A DNA stretch of 64,000 nucleotides from Octopus vulgaris (GCA_951406725.2 OX597819.1:93930001-93994000); one strand, 5' to 3'; positions 25,114 through 38,454 are shown, numbered from the stretch's first letter. Notes: a model not told the origin generated them from the letters alone. Made by a program: numbers and translations.

Positions 25114-25512
25114 CAGGGACATGTGGCCTGAGTAGGCAAGGTAGGCAGTGCCTACCATGACTAAAATAGATTGATAGTATTTTCCTTTTATGGCAAAATA
25201 TGCACCTAATTCAATAACATTATGAAGGTTACTCTGAACTATTCATAAAATGCAAAATATTTTATTTTTTGTAGATTAGGTAGGGATAATTTGTCCCTGC
25301 TTTTCAATCTCAGTATTAAGGCTACACATAAAACTGCTGTAGTACATGTGGTGCGTACATTCCTACAACAACGTTTTCTTTACACACTATAAAGGCAAAA
25401 GTAAATCTGCCTACAACTCAGTCACATGCCCATGTTTCACTTATTTTTTATGTTTTACTACATAAAGATCACCAACTGCCTACCCTGAGTAATTACTGGT
25501 GACTCGTGCCTG
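25114..25512. mobile_element. Putative hAT-like MITE in (TA)n
   Basis: Ends CAGGGAC... and ...GTGCCTG form an imperfect TIR; subterminal repeated taggca/tgccta motifs; AT-rich interior. Confidence 0.5.
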
Positions 25513-25535
25513 ATATATATATAAATATATATATG

Positions 25536-25592
<57 letters not shown>

Positions 25593-25854
25593 ATATACAT
25601 AGGTATATATATTATCTATATATATATATATGTATGTATGTATATATATAGGTATATATATATTATCTATATATGTATATGTATGTATGTATATATATGT
25701 ATGCATATATATATAGGTATATATATATTATCTATATATGTATATGTATGTATGTATATATATATAGGTATATATATATTATCTATATATATATGTATAT
25801 GTATGTATATATATATATAGGTATATATATATTATCTATATATATATATGTATG

Positions 25855-25887
<33 letters not shown>

Positions 25888-26009
25888 TATCTATATGTAT
25901 ATGTATGTATGTATATATAGGTATATATATATGTATGTATGTATATATATATATTATCTATCTATATATGTATGTATGTATATATATATAGGTATATATA
26001 TATATATTA

Positions 26010-26067
<58 letters not shown>

Positions 26068-26072
26068 TATAG

Positions 26073-26125
<53 letters not shown>

Positions 26126-26145
26126 CATACATACACACACACATA
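25513..26145. repeat. Compound (TA)n/(TATG)n minisatellite-like array
   Basis: Recurrent unit ggtatatatatattatctatatat...gtatgtatgt. Confidence 0.9.
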
Positions 26146-26888
26146 TGCAACAAGCTTCCTTCAGTTCCTCTCTAGCAAATCAACTCACAAGGCTTGGGTT
26201 AGGCTGAAGCTATATTAGAAAATCCTTGCCTGGGGTCTCATGCTGTGGGACTGAACCCAAAACCATGTCGTTGGAAAGCAAGCTTCTTACCACCACAGCC
26301 ATGCCTAACAATAATTAAATCTTTCAATTTTCTTTGGTAAGCTTACTTCCAATTCATCACCTACCTGCTTCACAAGTGGCTTGTTTCCTGCTACTTCATT
26401 TTACCATCTTTCCCCAGTCATCAGTTCCATTCTTTCCTTGTTCTCTTTTTCCCCTTAACTGGCAAACAGTAAAGAGTAATGAAGAATACAGCTTCAGGGA
26501 GAAACCATAAGGCAGGCCTTCAGCAATAATTACAATAGTACTTTCCCAATGAGATATTTTCTGACTATCCTATCTGTTTTTGCTTTTTGTTTCCTTTCGT
26601 TTGTTTTGTCTTTTTGTTTGTTTTCTCTTTTGTTTCTGTTTTGGTTTTTGCTTTTCGCTTTGTTACTGCAAGATATTTTTCCTATATTTCATTTATTTTG
26701 CTTCATTTGAATTTAGATTTTCTATTTTTTCTAAAAATTTTTTTCAATATTCGGATTTTCATTTTCTTACTTTAAACTGTACACGTACAGAGAGAGGACG
26801 ATATCTATATGCATATGTACAAATAAATCTTAATGCTAGAGTTGAAAATCTTACAATATAATAAATGGTTATCTGTATATATACATAC

Positions 26889-26962
<74 letters not shown>

Positions 26963-27029
26963 ATATGTATGTATGTATATATGTATGTATGTATATATGT
27001 ATATATGTATGTATATATGTATGAACATA

Positions 27030-27254
27030 TATTCTTTTATTCTTTTAATTGTCTCAGTCATTTGACTGTGGCCATGCTAGAGCACCACCTTTAGTCAAAC
27101 AAATCAACCCCAAGATTTATTCTTTGTAAGCCTAGTACTTATTTCATCAATCTGTTTTGCTGAATCGCTAAGTTACAGGGATGTAAACACACCGACATCA
27201 GTTGTCAAGCACTGATGGGGTGGGGGGACAAGCTCAGACACACAAATATATACG

Positions 27255-27285
<31 letters not shown>

Positions 27286-27438
27286 CAGGCTTCTTTCAGT
27301 TTCCATCTACCAAATCCATTCACAAGGCTTTGGTCACCCCAAGGCTATAATAGAAGACACTTGCCCAAAGTATCAGGCAGTGAGACTGAACCCAGAACCA
27401 TGTGGTTAGGAAGCGAGCTTCTAACCACTGCTGTGCCT
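27030..27438 (-). mobile_element. SINE family B
   Basis: Reverse complement of the family consensus. Confidence 0.8.
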
Positions 27439-27451
27439 ATATATATATATA

Positions 27452-27590
27452 AATGGAGTTTAATGCAGGTATAATTCAAATACTTTTACTTCAGACACAT
27501 GTTTCGAAGATTTCACTGATAATATCAGTGATATCTTCGAAACATCTCAGAAGTAAAATTATTTGAATTATACCTGCATTAACCTCCATT
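27452..27590. repeat. ~140-bp near-perfect palindrome from the hammerhead family at 517-650
   Basis: aatggagtttaatgcaggtataattcaaata...ttcgaagatttcactgat / atcagtgatatcttcgaaac...tatttgaattatacctgcattaacctccatt. Confidence 0.9.
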
Positions 27591-27869
27591 CATTTATTTA
27601 TATATTATACAAAAAATTCCACGTAAACCCGAAGTTTCTACCTTTAAAAACAAGGAGTTACAACCTCTTTACTTATGTGATTTTTTGCTACCCTGGTAAC
27701 TATTTATCTATTTTTTCCGTGTTAATTGTTAACAAGAGTAAAATACACTCATCTATATACATATATATATGTCATTGCCAGCATTATTGTCATTGCCAGC
27801 ATTATTTAATGTCCATTTTATATAGACATATATACATACAAATATATATATGTATGTGTGTATATGTAT

Positions 27870-28210
27870 ATCATTATCATCATCATCATCATTTAACATC
27901 CGTTTTCCATGCTAGCATGGGTTGGACGGTTCAACTGGGGTCTGGGAAGCCAGGAGGCTGTGCCAGGCCCAGTCTGATCTGGCAGTGTTTCTACAGCTGG
28001 ATGCCCTTCCTAATGCCAACCACTCTGAGAGTGTAGTGGGTGCTTTTTATGTGCCACCTGCACAGGTGCCAGACGAGGCTGGCAAACGGCCACAATCGGA
28101 TGGTGCTTTTTATGTGCCACCGGCACGGGGCCAGACGAGGCTGGCAAACGGCCACAATCGGATGGTGCTTTTTACGTGCCACCGGCACGGAGGCCAGTCG
28201 GGGCGGCGCT
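27870..28210 (-). mobile_element. RTE 3' UTR with internal tandem repeats
   Basis: Reverse complement of the 24476-24903 family. Confidence 0.85.
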
Positions 28211-28900
28211 ATATTTGTATATATGTGTGTGGGTGTGTGTGTGCATGTTCATAGATTATCTTCAGAGAGTTTGATATCTAGTGTTTGTTTTATTTTCTTT
28301 ACATCTATTTAATCCTTTTTAGGTATTTTGATATTTGCTATTACCATCTATTGCATCCAATTATATTTTTCCATAAGACCTAGTATGATTGGACACCAAC
28401 GAGGTATAAGAGTTAATGAGGCACCACTCTTATAATAAGTGATAACATAAGTTCTCTCTTAGACAGTAGCAACTAATAATTTCAGTTTGTTACCAAAATT
28501 TGAAGTGACTAATAACAATCTTATTTCATTCAACTGAAACATACTTGTATACTTAAGATGGCATTTCTTGTGCGTATGTCAGTGTTTATAGTATAGGGAA
28601 TTATTATGGATGTAAAGCATAGCTGATTGGTTTAGATGCTTGTTTTGCAATTATGAGAATTTGGGCTCAATTCCACTGCATGACATGAAGATGATGATGA
28701 TGATGATGATGATGATGGGGGCAGTGTAGGAGGAGGAGGATGGTAATGACGATGTGATGAAGAGGAGGATGGGGTGGGGTGTAGGATGGATGAGGAGGAA
28801 GATGGTAATGACGATGTGATGAAGAGAAGGAGGAGGAGCAGGAGGCAAACACAGATGTATATTTACACATGCACACACGCACATGTGCAGAAATGTAGAT

Positions 28901-29358
28901 ATTCTTTTATTCTTTTACTTGTTTCAGTCATTTGACTGTGGCCATGCTGGAGCACCACCTTGAAGAGACTTTTTTTTTTAGTTGCACAAATCGACTCCAG
29001 CACTTATTACTTAAGCCTAGCACTTATTCTGTTAATCACTTTTGCCAGACTGCTAAGTTACAGGGATATAAACTCACCAACACTGGTTGTCAAGCAGTGA
29101 GGGAGGGACAAACACAGACAGAAAGATGCGCACACATAGATATATATATACATACATGTGTGTGTTTGTGTGTTTGTGTGTGTGTCTGTGTGTGTATGTG
29201 TGACAAGCTTCTTTCAGTTTCTACCAAATCCACTCACAAGGCTTTGGCCAGCCTGAGGCTATAGTAGAAAGCACTTGCCCAAGGTGCCATGCAATTGGAC
29301 TGAACCTGGAACCATGTGGTTGGAAGCAAGTTTCTTACTACACAGCCACAGCTGCACC
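28901..29358 (-). mobile_element. SINE family B
   Basis: Reverse complement of the family consensus. Confidence 0.8.
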
Positions 29359-29655
29359 TCTAGGGAGACATGAAGACGTCTGATTCAAATAAGTCAGCAG
29401 CAAGTCGATGGTGTCAAATAGGTGATTGTCAACCTGTCTTATACACATTTTATTTCTTTTAAGTCTTTAAGAGCGGACTTAAAGGAAATTTATTAGCTTT
29501 TTTGTGACAGATTTTAACAATTGCACAGAGGCATCTTTGTGCACACAAGGAAATGATTGGTAACACTTGTGACATTGAAAACATAATCAAATTAGTTTAA
29601 GGAAGAGCAAAGATAGCATAATTAATTATATTTTGTTCAACCAAGATTTTGAGTG

Positions 29656-29692
<37 letters not shown>

Positions 29693-30442
29693 ACGTCTGT
29701 GTGTGAATAATGTTGAAAATAATGAACAAGGAATATGGTGATGCCAGGTATGATGATGATGTAATCAAGATGAATGGAATAATGTTCTGTTGAGGTGTTT
29801 GAGGGAATTTACTTAAGACTGTAGTACAGTCCAATTTAGTATAATACTGTTGTACAGAAAAAGCAAAGAGCTGACTGTGTTACTTCAGTGTCATATAGAA
29901 TACTTCGAAAATTTCTTTGCTGCTCTCTGTACTCTGAGTTCAAATCCTGCTGAAATCAACTTTACCTTTTATCAATTTGGAGTTAATAAAAAAGTACAAT
30001 CACAGGGATCAAGTCATCTTCTTTCTTAGATTTCTATGAAAAAGTTATGTGTTTAGATTGAGAGACAGGGGGCGTCTAACAGCTTTAAATTTTCAATACA
30101 TACTATATATCACAGCAGCAATGCTTTGACCTCATCAGAGGTTAAAGATGCAAGAAAGGAAGTATGGCAGGTATATTTTTAATGGCTTGGGAAGAGGTGT
30201 ACACTTGACCCTTGACCTTTTAAGGATACCTAAATCTAGTAAGAGGAAAGAAAAGCTGAAACTATAGCTCACAGATTGTTTGGAGTTTTTTTTTTTTTAA
30301 AGTAAACCTTGCGAGACCAGATTTCTCAAAAATGTTCCAGCCCCTCTTTTATTTAGGTTTGTAGGACCTACATTATTTAATGTATCCTTTTATTTAATAC
30401 AAAAAAGATGAGAATTGAGAGAAGGATTTGAATGATATTTCT

Positions 30443-30676
30443 TATTTCTTTATTACCCACAAAGGGTTAAACATAGAGGGGACAAACAAGGACAGACAAA
30501 TGGATTAAGTTGATTACATCGATCCCAGTGTGTAACTGGTACTTGATTTATCGACCCCGAAAGAATGAAAGGCAAAGTTGACCTCGGCAGAATTTGAACT
30601 CAGAATGCAGTGGCAGATGAAATACCACAAAGTATTTTGCCCAGCGTGCTAACGTTACTGCCAGCTCGCTGCCTTC
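30443..30676 (-). mobile_element. SINE family A with 16-bp TSD
   Basis: TSD tttgaatgatatttct at 30427 and 30677. Confidence 0.9.
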
Positions 30677-32709
30677 TTTGAATGATATTTCTAGCAAGTT
30701 AAACAATAGTGTAGAGGCTCTTTTTGCTAGCAATAAAGGAGCAAGTCAAAATACTTAGTTATCCTCAGACCAGACATCTGGTTCTCAATGCTTAGAACAG
30801 AGCAGACGTTGCAAAAGAAATACATTACACAGTGTAACATGATTTTTCTCCATGAGTAGCAATTGTTATTTCCTATTTGCTTGCCTCTATAAAGCATGAA
30901 AAATGGACGATATTTCCTTTGAACTTTTGCTTTTGTTACATTTATTCAAACCCTAAAGAATCCCTTTCGACACATGGCTGTGATGCTCCCCTGCTACACG
31001 TGCTCATGATCAAAGATGCACATATTATCAGCCACCAAGGGGCATGTTCAAGTAGTTAAGATCACGCAAATGACAAGCAAATCTGTTATATTGAGCAGAA
31101 CATTTGCTATAATATTTCTGCTTCAGCAATTCAGTGCTGAATCTGTCTGAAATGTAATGGAAAATAGGTAAGTTTCAAAACATAGATGTTCAGGTCACAA
31201 AAGCAAAGTGTGAAGGGAATAGTAGTCACTTCCTTTGATTTCTAGATGGAAGAACTAAGAAATAACACTTACTGACAAAGACAAAAAAATCATGTCACAC
31301 ATTGTTATTTAGCTGATGGTATTAAATCAGGTGACACATGAGAAAACTACCACTCACCACCATAGTATAGTGTCCTAGTACATTGCAACATTGCAATTCA
31401 AGTTCATTTCAATATTCTCATACTTCAAAGCAATTAAGAAGTGTTAGTTCCCACTTCAGCCACACAACTCGTTGACAAAATAAATAAATAAATAAATATT
31501 CCAATATTTCAATATTAACTGTTTTATAATTGGTTGTTAATCTTATTGGAGTTGTATCCTTCCTTCTGACACCTCATGGAGGTAAATTAATGGTGTTGAT
31601 ATTAATGAAGTAAGAGTCCAAATAAATGGATACTGAGGTGTTGATAATAATGACAATGATAGTGACGACCATGATAATGATGGTGGTGGTGATGGCAAAG
31701 TTGGCAGCGGCGGTGGGGATCGTGTGGTGGGGGTGAAGATGAGGACAATAATAATGAAGGGAACAAGCATTCGATAATGTAATGAGGAATGAAGATGATA
31801 ATGTTGATAACGACAAAGGCACAGATATTGATGATGACATGGTTGAGTTGCAAAACTTGAAAGATTACACAATTTGTTGACAAAAAATATATTACAATAT
31901 TTCTATGTTAACCATTTTATAATTGATCATTAATCCTAATCACGGTTGTATCCTTCCTTCTGACACCTCACGGAGGTAAATTAATGATGGCAAAATGAAA
32001 GGAAAAGAATCCAGATAAATTGGATTGTAGAGAGGTTTATATGGTGATGGTGATGGTGATGGAGATGATGTTGTTTGGTGGTGGTTTTAGGAATAATCTT
32101 CCGGTGGAAGAAGTAAGATAATGTTACAAATGGGAATGAAGATAATAATGTTGATAATGATAACAACAGAGATAGAGTTGTTGTTGTTGTTGTTGTTCCT
32201 GTTGCTGTTGTTGTTCTTGTTCCTAGTCTTGTTGTTGCTGTTGTTGTTGTTGTTGTTGATGATGTTGATGTTGACGATGACGACGACAACGACAATGATA
32301 GCAATCATGATGACAATGACAGTAACGATGATTATAACGATGATTACGACGATGATGATAACAACGATGATTGTGGTGGGTGGGGGGATGATGGTGGTGG
32401 TGGTGGCAGTGGAATACAAAATTTGTAAGATTAACGTAGCAATGGCAATGATGTGGAAATTGATGTTATGAGACAATAAAGATGACAATAATGATGAAAG
32501 CAATATAGAGAATGCTGAAGAGAAAAATAAAGGAAGAAGAAGAGGAGCAGGAGCAGGAGGAGGAGGAGTAAGAAGGCAGGAAAGATAAATGCTTGATAGC
32601 TTTGACAAAAAAAAAACAAAAACAAAAAAACATCATTATTAATCACAGCAGCAGCTGCAGCAGCACCAGATTATGATAACAAAGAGTGATAGCTATGGAA
32701 ATTAGTGTT

Positions 32710-32749
32710 GAGAATAACAATAACGATGTTGACAATAATAATAATAATG

Positions 32750-32788
<39 letters not shown>

Positions 32789-32835
32789 GCAACAATAATA
32801 ATAACAATAATAATAATAATAAAAATAATAATAAC

Positions 32836-32867
<32 letters not shown>

Positions 32868-32983
32868 CAATAACAACAGCAACAATAATAATAATAACAA
32901 TAATAATAACAATAATAAAAATTACAACAACAGCAACAATAATGATAATAATAATAATAACAACAACAATAACAATAATAGTA

Positions 32984-33027
<44 letters not shown>
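32710..33027. repeat. (AAT/AAC)n microsatellite within a trinucleotide-rich low-complexity block (31600-33030)
   Basis: Direct reading. Confidence 0.95.
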
Positions 33028-33587
33028 CGTTACTAACATTGTCACAACACCTGAAATTGAGGAGGTGGGAATAATCAATTATATTGGTCCCAGTCCTTGC
33101 TTTGTGATTTGTTTTATAGACCAGAGTGGGATGAAAGGCTAGGTTGGCCTCATTAGGATTTGAAATCAGAACATAAAAAGCTCTGAACAAATGCCACATG
33201 GCATTTTTCCCAATTACTCTAACGATTCTCTCTATCTACTGCTCTAAAATAGCTAATTTGGAGAGGCAGGGGTTTGTCAACTACAATGAGTTCAAAGCAT
33301 AATGCTTTTATCTTTTATCTGTGATTCGTTTCAGTCATTGGACAGTGGCCATGCTGGGGCATTGCCTCAAAGTGTTTTTAGTTGAACAAATTGCCCCCCC
33401 CCCCGAGTACTTAACTTTAAGTCTGGTACTTATTCTATCTGTCTCTTTTGCTGAACTGCTAATGTATAGGGAAGTGAACAAATCAACACCAGTTAGGTGA
33501 CAAACCAACAGTGGGATGAGAAAAGCAGAGACAAAGACACACACACACATACATACACTCACACACATACAGACATACACACACACA

Positions 33588-33664
<77 letters not shown>

Positions 33665-33671
<7 letters not shown>

Positions 33672-33890
33672 TAATCCAAACAAGAAAACACAGAAAAAAA
33701 GAGAAAAAAAAGGAGAAAAAAACACAGCAACGCAGGACGTGGAACAATTAAAGTATTATTGACGCTCAGGAAAGAAGGGAAGGAGGGTTTAACGTTTCGA
33801 GTGGAGCTCTTCGTCGGAAACAAGGAGAAGGAAAGATCCCAAAGAGGGAAGACAGAGGAGAAAATATTTGAGCTGGTGGTGCTTAAGAGA
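33665..33890 (-). mobile_element. PLE-pLTR-like repeat with hammerhead at 33787-33821
   Basis: Minus strand GTTT-CCGACGA-a-GAGC-tcc-ACTC-GAAACGTT-AAAC; same family as 19530-19730. Confidence 0.65.
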
Positions 33891-33910
33891 ATATATATAT
33901 ATATATATAT

Positions 33911-33961
<51 letters not shown>

Positions 33962-34030
33962 GGGTTTCCATCTACCAAATTCACTTACAAGGCATTGGTG
34001 AGCCCAGAGCTGTAGTAGAAGACTCTAGTC

Positions 34031-34284
34031 CAGTGGTTCCCAAAGTGAGCGGTATCCCCCCACCCCGGGGGGCTGAAAGGTGGGGTGATAATGGGGTAGT
34101 GATTCATATAAAAACAACAAAATAATGGGTTCGTTAGGTTAAGTTTTATTTGTGAAATGCAGTTGCTTTGAATTTGCTTCAGAAAGGGGTCTATGCTTGT
34201 GGTGATTAGTTGGGGCGGAGGAGCACTAGGAATGTGGTCTGGATGTCAAGAGGGTAGCAACGCCAAAAAGTTTGGGAACTACTG
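34031..34284. mobile_element. hAT-Charlie-type MITE inserted in a SINE B relic
   Basis: TIRs CAGTGGTTCCCAAA / TTTGGGAACTACTG; 8-bp TSD ctctagtc/ctctagcc, similar to the Charlie target NTCTAGAN. Confidence 0.88.
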
Positions 34285-35869
34285 CTCTAGCCCAAAGTGC
34301 TATACAATGGAATTGAACCAAAAACCACATGGTTGCAAAGGGAGCTTCATAATCACACAGCCACACCTGCTCCTTCACTGAAACTTTATTTTATAAACCC
34401 TGAAAAACATGAAAGGCAAAAATTATTTTCTGTAGGATTTATACTCAAAAATGTAAAGAGCCAGAACTAAATAAATTAAAGCATTTTGTCTGATTCATTT
34501 CTGCCAATTGTTTTTAACATTGATACAAAGTCTATAGTTTGAGGCAAGAGTATTTACTTTGTGAGCTTCTTATCTCACTGAGGTAAGCTTTACCTTCCAT
34601 CTCTCCAGAGTCCATACAATAAAGTATCAGGGGTCATTTTAATCAACCAACTACCTCCCACCAAGTTTCTGCAAGGTACTTTGGGCAAGTGTCTTGTACT
34701 ATAGTTTCAAGCTAACCAAAGCCTTGTGAGTGGAGTTGGTAGACAGGAAATGAAAGTGTGTGTGTGTGTGTGTGTGTATGTATGTGTGTGAATAATGAAA
34801 ATAATGAGGAGGAGGTGAGCAAGGAATATGGTGATGATGTAATCAAGATAAATGATGATGATGTAATCATGATAAATGGAATAATATGTTGAGGTATTCA
34901 AAGGAATTTACTTAAGATTGTAGTACAATCCGATTTAGTATAGACTGTTGTACAGAAAAAGCAAAGAGCTGACAGAGTTACTTCAGTGTCATATAGAATA
35001 CTTTGGAAAGTTCTTTGCTACTCTCTGTGCTCTGAGTTCAAATCCTGCTGAAGTCAACTTTACCTTTTATCAGTTTGAGGTTATATGTATGTGTCTGTGT
35101 ATGTGTGCACATGTGTGTGTCTTTGTGTCAGTGTTTGCTCCCCATTACCACTTGGTAACTGTGTTTGGTGCAGTTATGAACCTGTAACTTAGCAGTACAG
35201 CAAAAGAGAACAATAGAATAAGTACCAAGCTTGCAAAACAAACAAAAAAACAAAAAAAAAATGCAGTAAGTACTGGGGTTGATTCTTTCAACTAAAAATT
35301 CCACAAGATGGTGCCCCAGCATGGCCACAGTCAAATGACTGAAACAAGTAAAAGATAGAAAGAAAGATAATTCTTGTAAGGATGAAAGACAAGCGTCAAC
35401 CTTATAACCAAGTGCAAGGTCAGGTCAATTAGCAAACAAAATTTACATGCCGTACAGTACAATACAGAAAGGTACAGTGCACTTATATGCAAACGTAACA
35501 TGCAAGCAATTTGCTTTGACGTATTTTGACTTGATCTTGTTTTTGTTTTTTTTTCTGGTAATTTTTTTTCTTCTTTTACTCTAAAAGAATAAAGCAATAA
35601 TTTTCCATGAATGATTACCTTTGTGGAGGATCAGGAGGGATGTTCAAGTTAATAAAAGAGATGTAGATAAAGCTAATTACACCCGTGTGTCGTGTGTCGG
35701 CAACCTGTCTGTGTGCCTAAATCTGCACTTACCAAATCTGGTAACCTACTTGCTCCTACCTACCTACCTATCTACCTACCTGCCTACCTACTTGATTTTT
35801 TTTTTTTTACCAAGATAACAAAGCCGTTTTTCATGCATGCTGTCATTGGCACTTAATTGTTAATATCAC

Positions 35870-36555
35870 TTCCATTCCCTTCATTTTATCTCCATTCTCT
35901 TGTTTTTCTCAGTTTTTTCTTACCTTTATTTTTATCTTTCCTTTTTTCTTTTTCTTTCTTCTTACCCTCCTTCTTTCTTTCATTTCCTTCTTTCTTCTTC
36001 TCTCTTTCCTATCCTTCCATCATTTGTTTTTTTTCTTTTCTCTTTCTTCCTTCCTTTCTTCTTTCATTTTTTAACTTTCTTCCTTCCTTTCTTCATTCAC
36101 TTTTTTCATTCTTCCTTCTTTTCTTCTTTCAGTTCTTTTACTTTCTTCCTTTCTTCTTTCATTTTCTTCTTTCCCTTTCTTCCTTTCCTTCCATCTTTTT
36201 CTCCTTTTCTCCTTCTTCCTACCATTCCTTCTTTCTCTCATTTCTTTCTTTTTCCTTTTTGTCCCTTCTTTCTTTCATTCTCTTCATTTTTTCTTTGTTT
36301 TCTTCATTTCTTTTTTTCTCTTCCTTCTGTTCTGGTTTTTCTTTCATTTTCTTCCTTTTTTCTTTCCTTCTTTACTACTATTCTTTTTCTTACTTTCTTC
36401 GACCTACTCTCTTCCCTTTCTTGCTTCATTCTTCCTTCTTTTCCCCTTTTCTCTTCCCTTTCCTTCATTCTGCCTTGGCTTTCTTCCTTTTCTATCTTTC
36501 CTTTCTTTCTGTCTGTCTGTCCTTTCTTCTTCCCAGTTTTTTCTTCTTTTTGATT
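35870..36555 (+). repeat. ~690-bp polypyrimidine (CT/CTT/CTTT) low-complexity tract
   Basis: Almost exclusively C/T on the + strand. Confidence 0.95.
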
Positions 36556-37032
36556 CATCTATCTTTAAAGCACCAGTATGTTGTTACCAATTCACTTTTG
36601 TATGTTTGTGTGTTTTGTGTTGTTATGTGCATGCATGTGTTGTGTAAGTACATGTATTGTTGTGCACATAGGTGTCTGTGCATTGCATAAGAGTATGTAT
36701 GTTGTACATGTAAATATGTGTGGGTATTATGTATGCGTATATGTGTATGATGTGTGTGTGATGTGTGTGTGTAGTGTGTGTGTTGTGTATATAAATGTAT
36801 GTATTATATGTTTGCAATTTGTGGTGTGTGTGTGTGTGTGCATGCGCATGCATATATATACATATATACGTTAGGCTTCTTTCAGTTTCTGTCTACCAAA
36901 TCTACTCACAAGGCTTTGGTCGGCCCGAGGCTATAGTAGAAGACACTTGCCCAAAGTGCCAAGCAGTGGGGCTGAACCCGGAACCATGTGGTTGGTAAGC
37001 AAGCTACTTACCACATAGCCACTCCTATGCCT

Positions 37033-37245
37033 AATTCAGACAAATACATAACAAAAACATGAGGAATAACAAATATATATATAACATACAGAAAATAGCA
37101 CTACTAGGCTCTGCACACATCCTACATAAAACACTTTCAATACAGTAACAATAAGAGAATCATAACAAACCACAGCACATAGCCAAGCCGCACAGAGCTG
37201 CGCTCAGTAGTACAGTGAAAGCACATGATAAAAATAAGGCGACTG

Positions 37246-37250
<5 letters not shown>
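37033..37250 (+). mobile_element. R4/Dong-like RLE LINE 3' end with (TAA)n tail
   Basis: IYNIQKIALLGSAHILHKTLSIQ* resembles the R4/Dong C-terminus LQKxxLLGTAxILRK; followed by (AAT)n at 37248-37353. Confidence 0.7.
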
Positions 37251-37322
<72 letters not shown>

Positions 37323-37354
37323 CAACAACAATAATAACAATAATAATAATAATA

Positions 37355-37560
37355 CTTTCTATGTAATCTCAAGTTTTAAAACAAACAATTTTCTTATGGT
37401 TTCTTAAACATTCACTAGTACAACACTAAGTACAAAACCAAATATATGGCACCCTAGGCATAACACCAGCATGAACTTCCAACTTGTTGTCTCTTGAGGT
37501 CTCTGGGTGAGATTTGGAGCCAACTTGAACAAATGTAAAGCAAAAGTCAAACATAAAATA
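37355..37560 (+). mobile_element. Second putative Dong-like 3' UTR inside the (AAT)n tract
   Basis: Flanked by (AAT)n on both sides; begins ctttctatgtaa (LSM*) and carries gtctcttgaggtctctgggtgaga. Confidence 0.45.
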
Positions 37561-37869
37561 ATAATGATAATTATAATAATAATGAAGGACTCTCCCATCG
37601 AAAACAATGTATGAGCTGCACAAATTATTTGTTTATAGTGATCAAAAGTATGTACCATACATTGGCTCTCACCCTCCATGAAATCAACATTGCCTGAACA
37701 GGTGCATGGTGTACCATGCGTCAGGTGTTGAAGTGAACTCAAAGCAATGTGAGGTGAAATGTTTTGTGCAAGAATGCAACACACCACCTGGTCTAAGAAT
37801 TGAAACTATGATCTCACAATCATAATTGCAACAGCCTAATCACTTGGCCATGTGCCTTCATATTATAAT

Positions 37870-38400
37870 TAATAAGAATAATGCAGTACCAGGCACTGTC
37901 TGCCATGGCTTCTGATCTTAATTGACTGGAAGTATTATCATGTACATGCTTTGTCTTGGTGTAAAAGATATTCTGCTCAGTACCACAGATTTGCTTGTCA
38001 TTTGTTTGACCTTAACCAATTGAGCATGTCCCTTGTTGGCTGACAATATATGTATCTCTGAGGAGCATCATAGTCATGTGTTGAGAGAAATTCTTTGGGG
38101 TTTGAATAATTCACCTGTAAAAACATGGGTGTTTCGTTCAACATCCTTAAACAACCCTTATTCAGGGACCTTTTGAGTGGGATGGGCTACTCAACCTGAA
38201 GAAAATTCTAACTGGGCCCCACCTGCAAGATCATGTGCTGCTTATCTTGATTATAAGATCACTATGTCACACACATATGGTTGTGATGCATGTGCCTGAT
38301 GTATCCTTATCAGACAGGTAGTCATGATGAGTGTACTAAGCTTCATATATTCTGCCTCAGTGTCACTTTGATTGCGTGCACTGCTCTCTCTCTCACTCAG
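37870..38400 (+). mobile_element. Unclassified interspersed repeat with (AAT)n tail (partial inverted copy at 30870-31110)
   Basis: Shares cagatttgcttgtcatttg...gagcatgtccc...gagcatcatagtcatgtgt with the reverse complement of 30870-31110. Confidence 0.65.
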
Positions 38401-38407
38401 TAATAAC

Positions 38408-38454
<47 letters not shown>

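Noticed and set aside
25458-26218. Y/I/M/C-rich ORFs here and in many similar places
   Set aside because: (TA)n, (TATG)n and (CA)n microsatellite artefacts.
30126-30147. Minus-strand CTGATGA in a small hairpin
   Set aside because: No complete hammerhead topology.
31981-33199. Poly-N, poly-I, poly-L and poly-Y ORFs
   Set aside because: Trinucleotide repeat translations.
35857-36690. 277-aa and 217-aa ORFs
   Set aside because: Translations of a polypyrimidine tract that lacks stop codons by composition; no domain signal or splice context.
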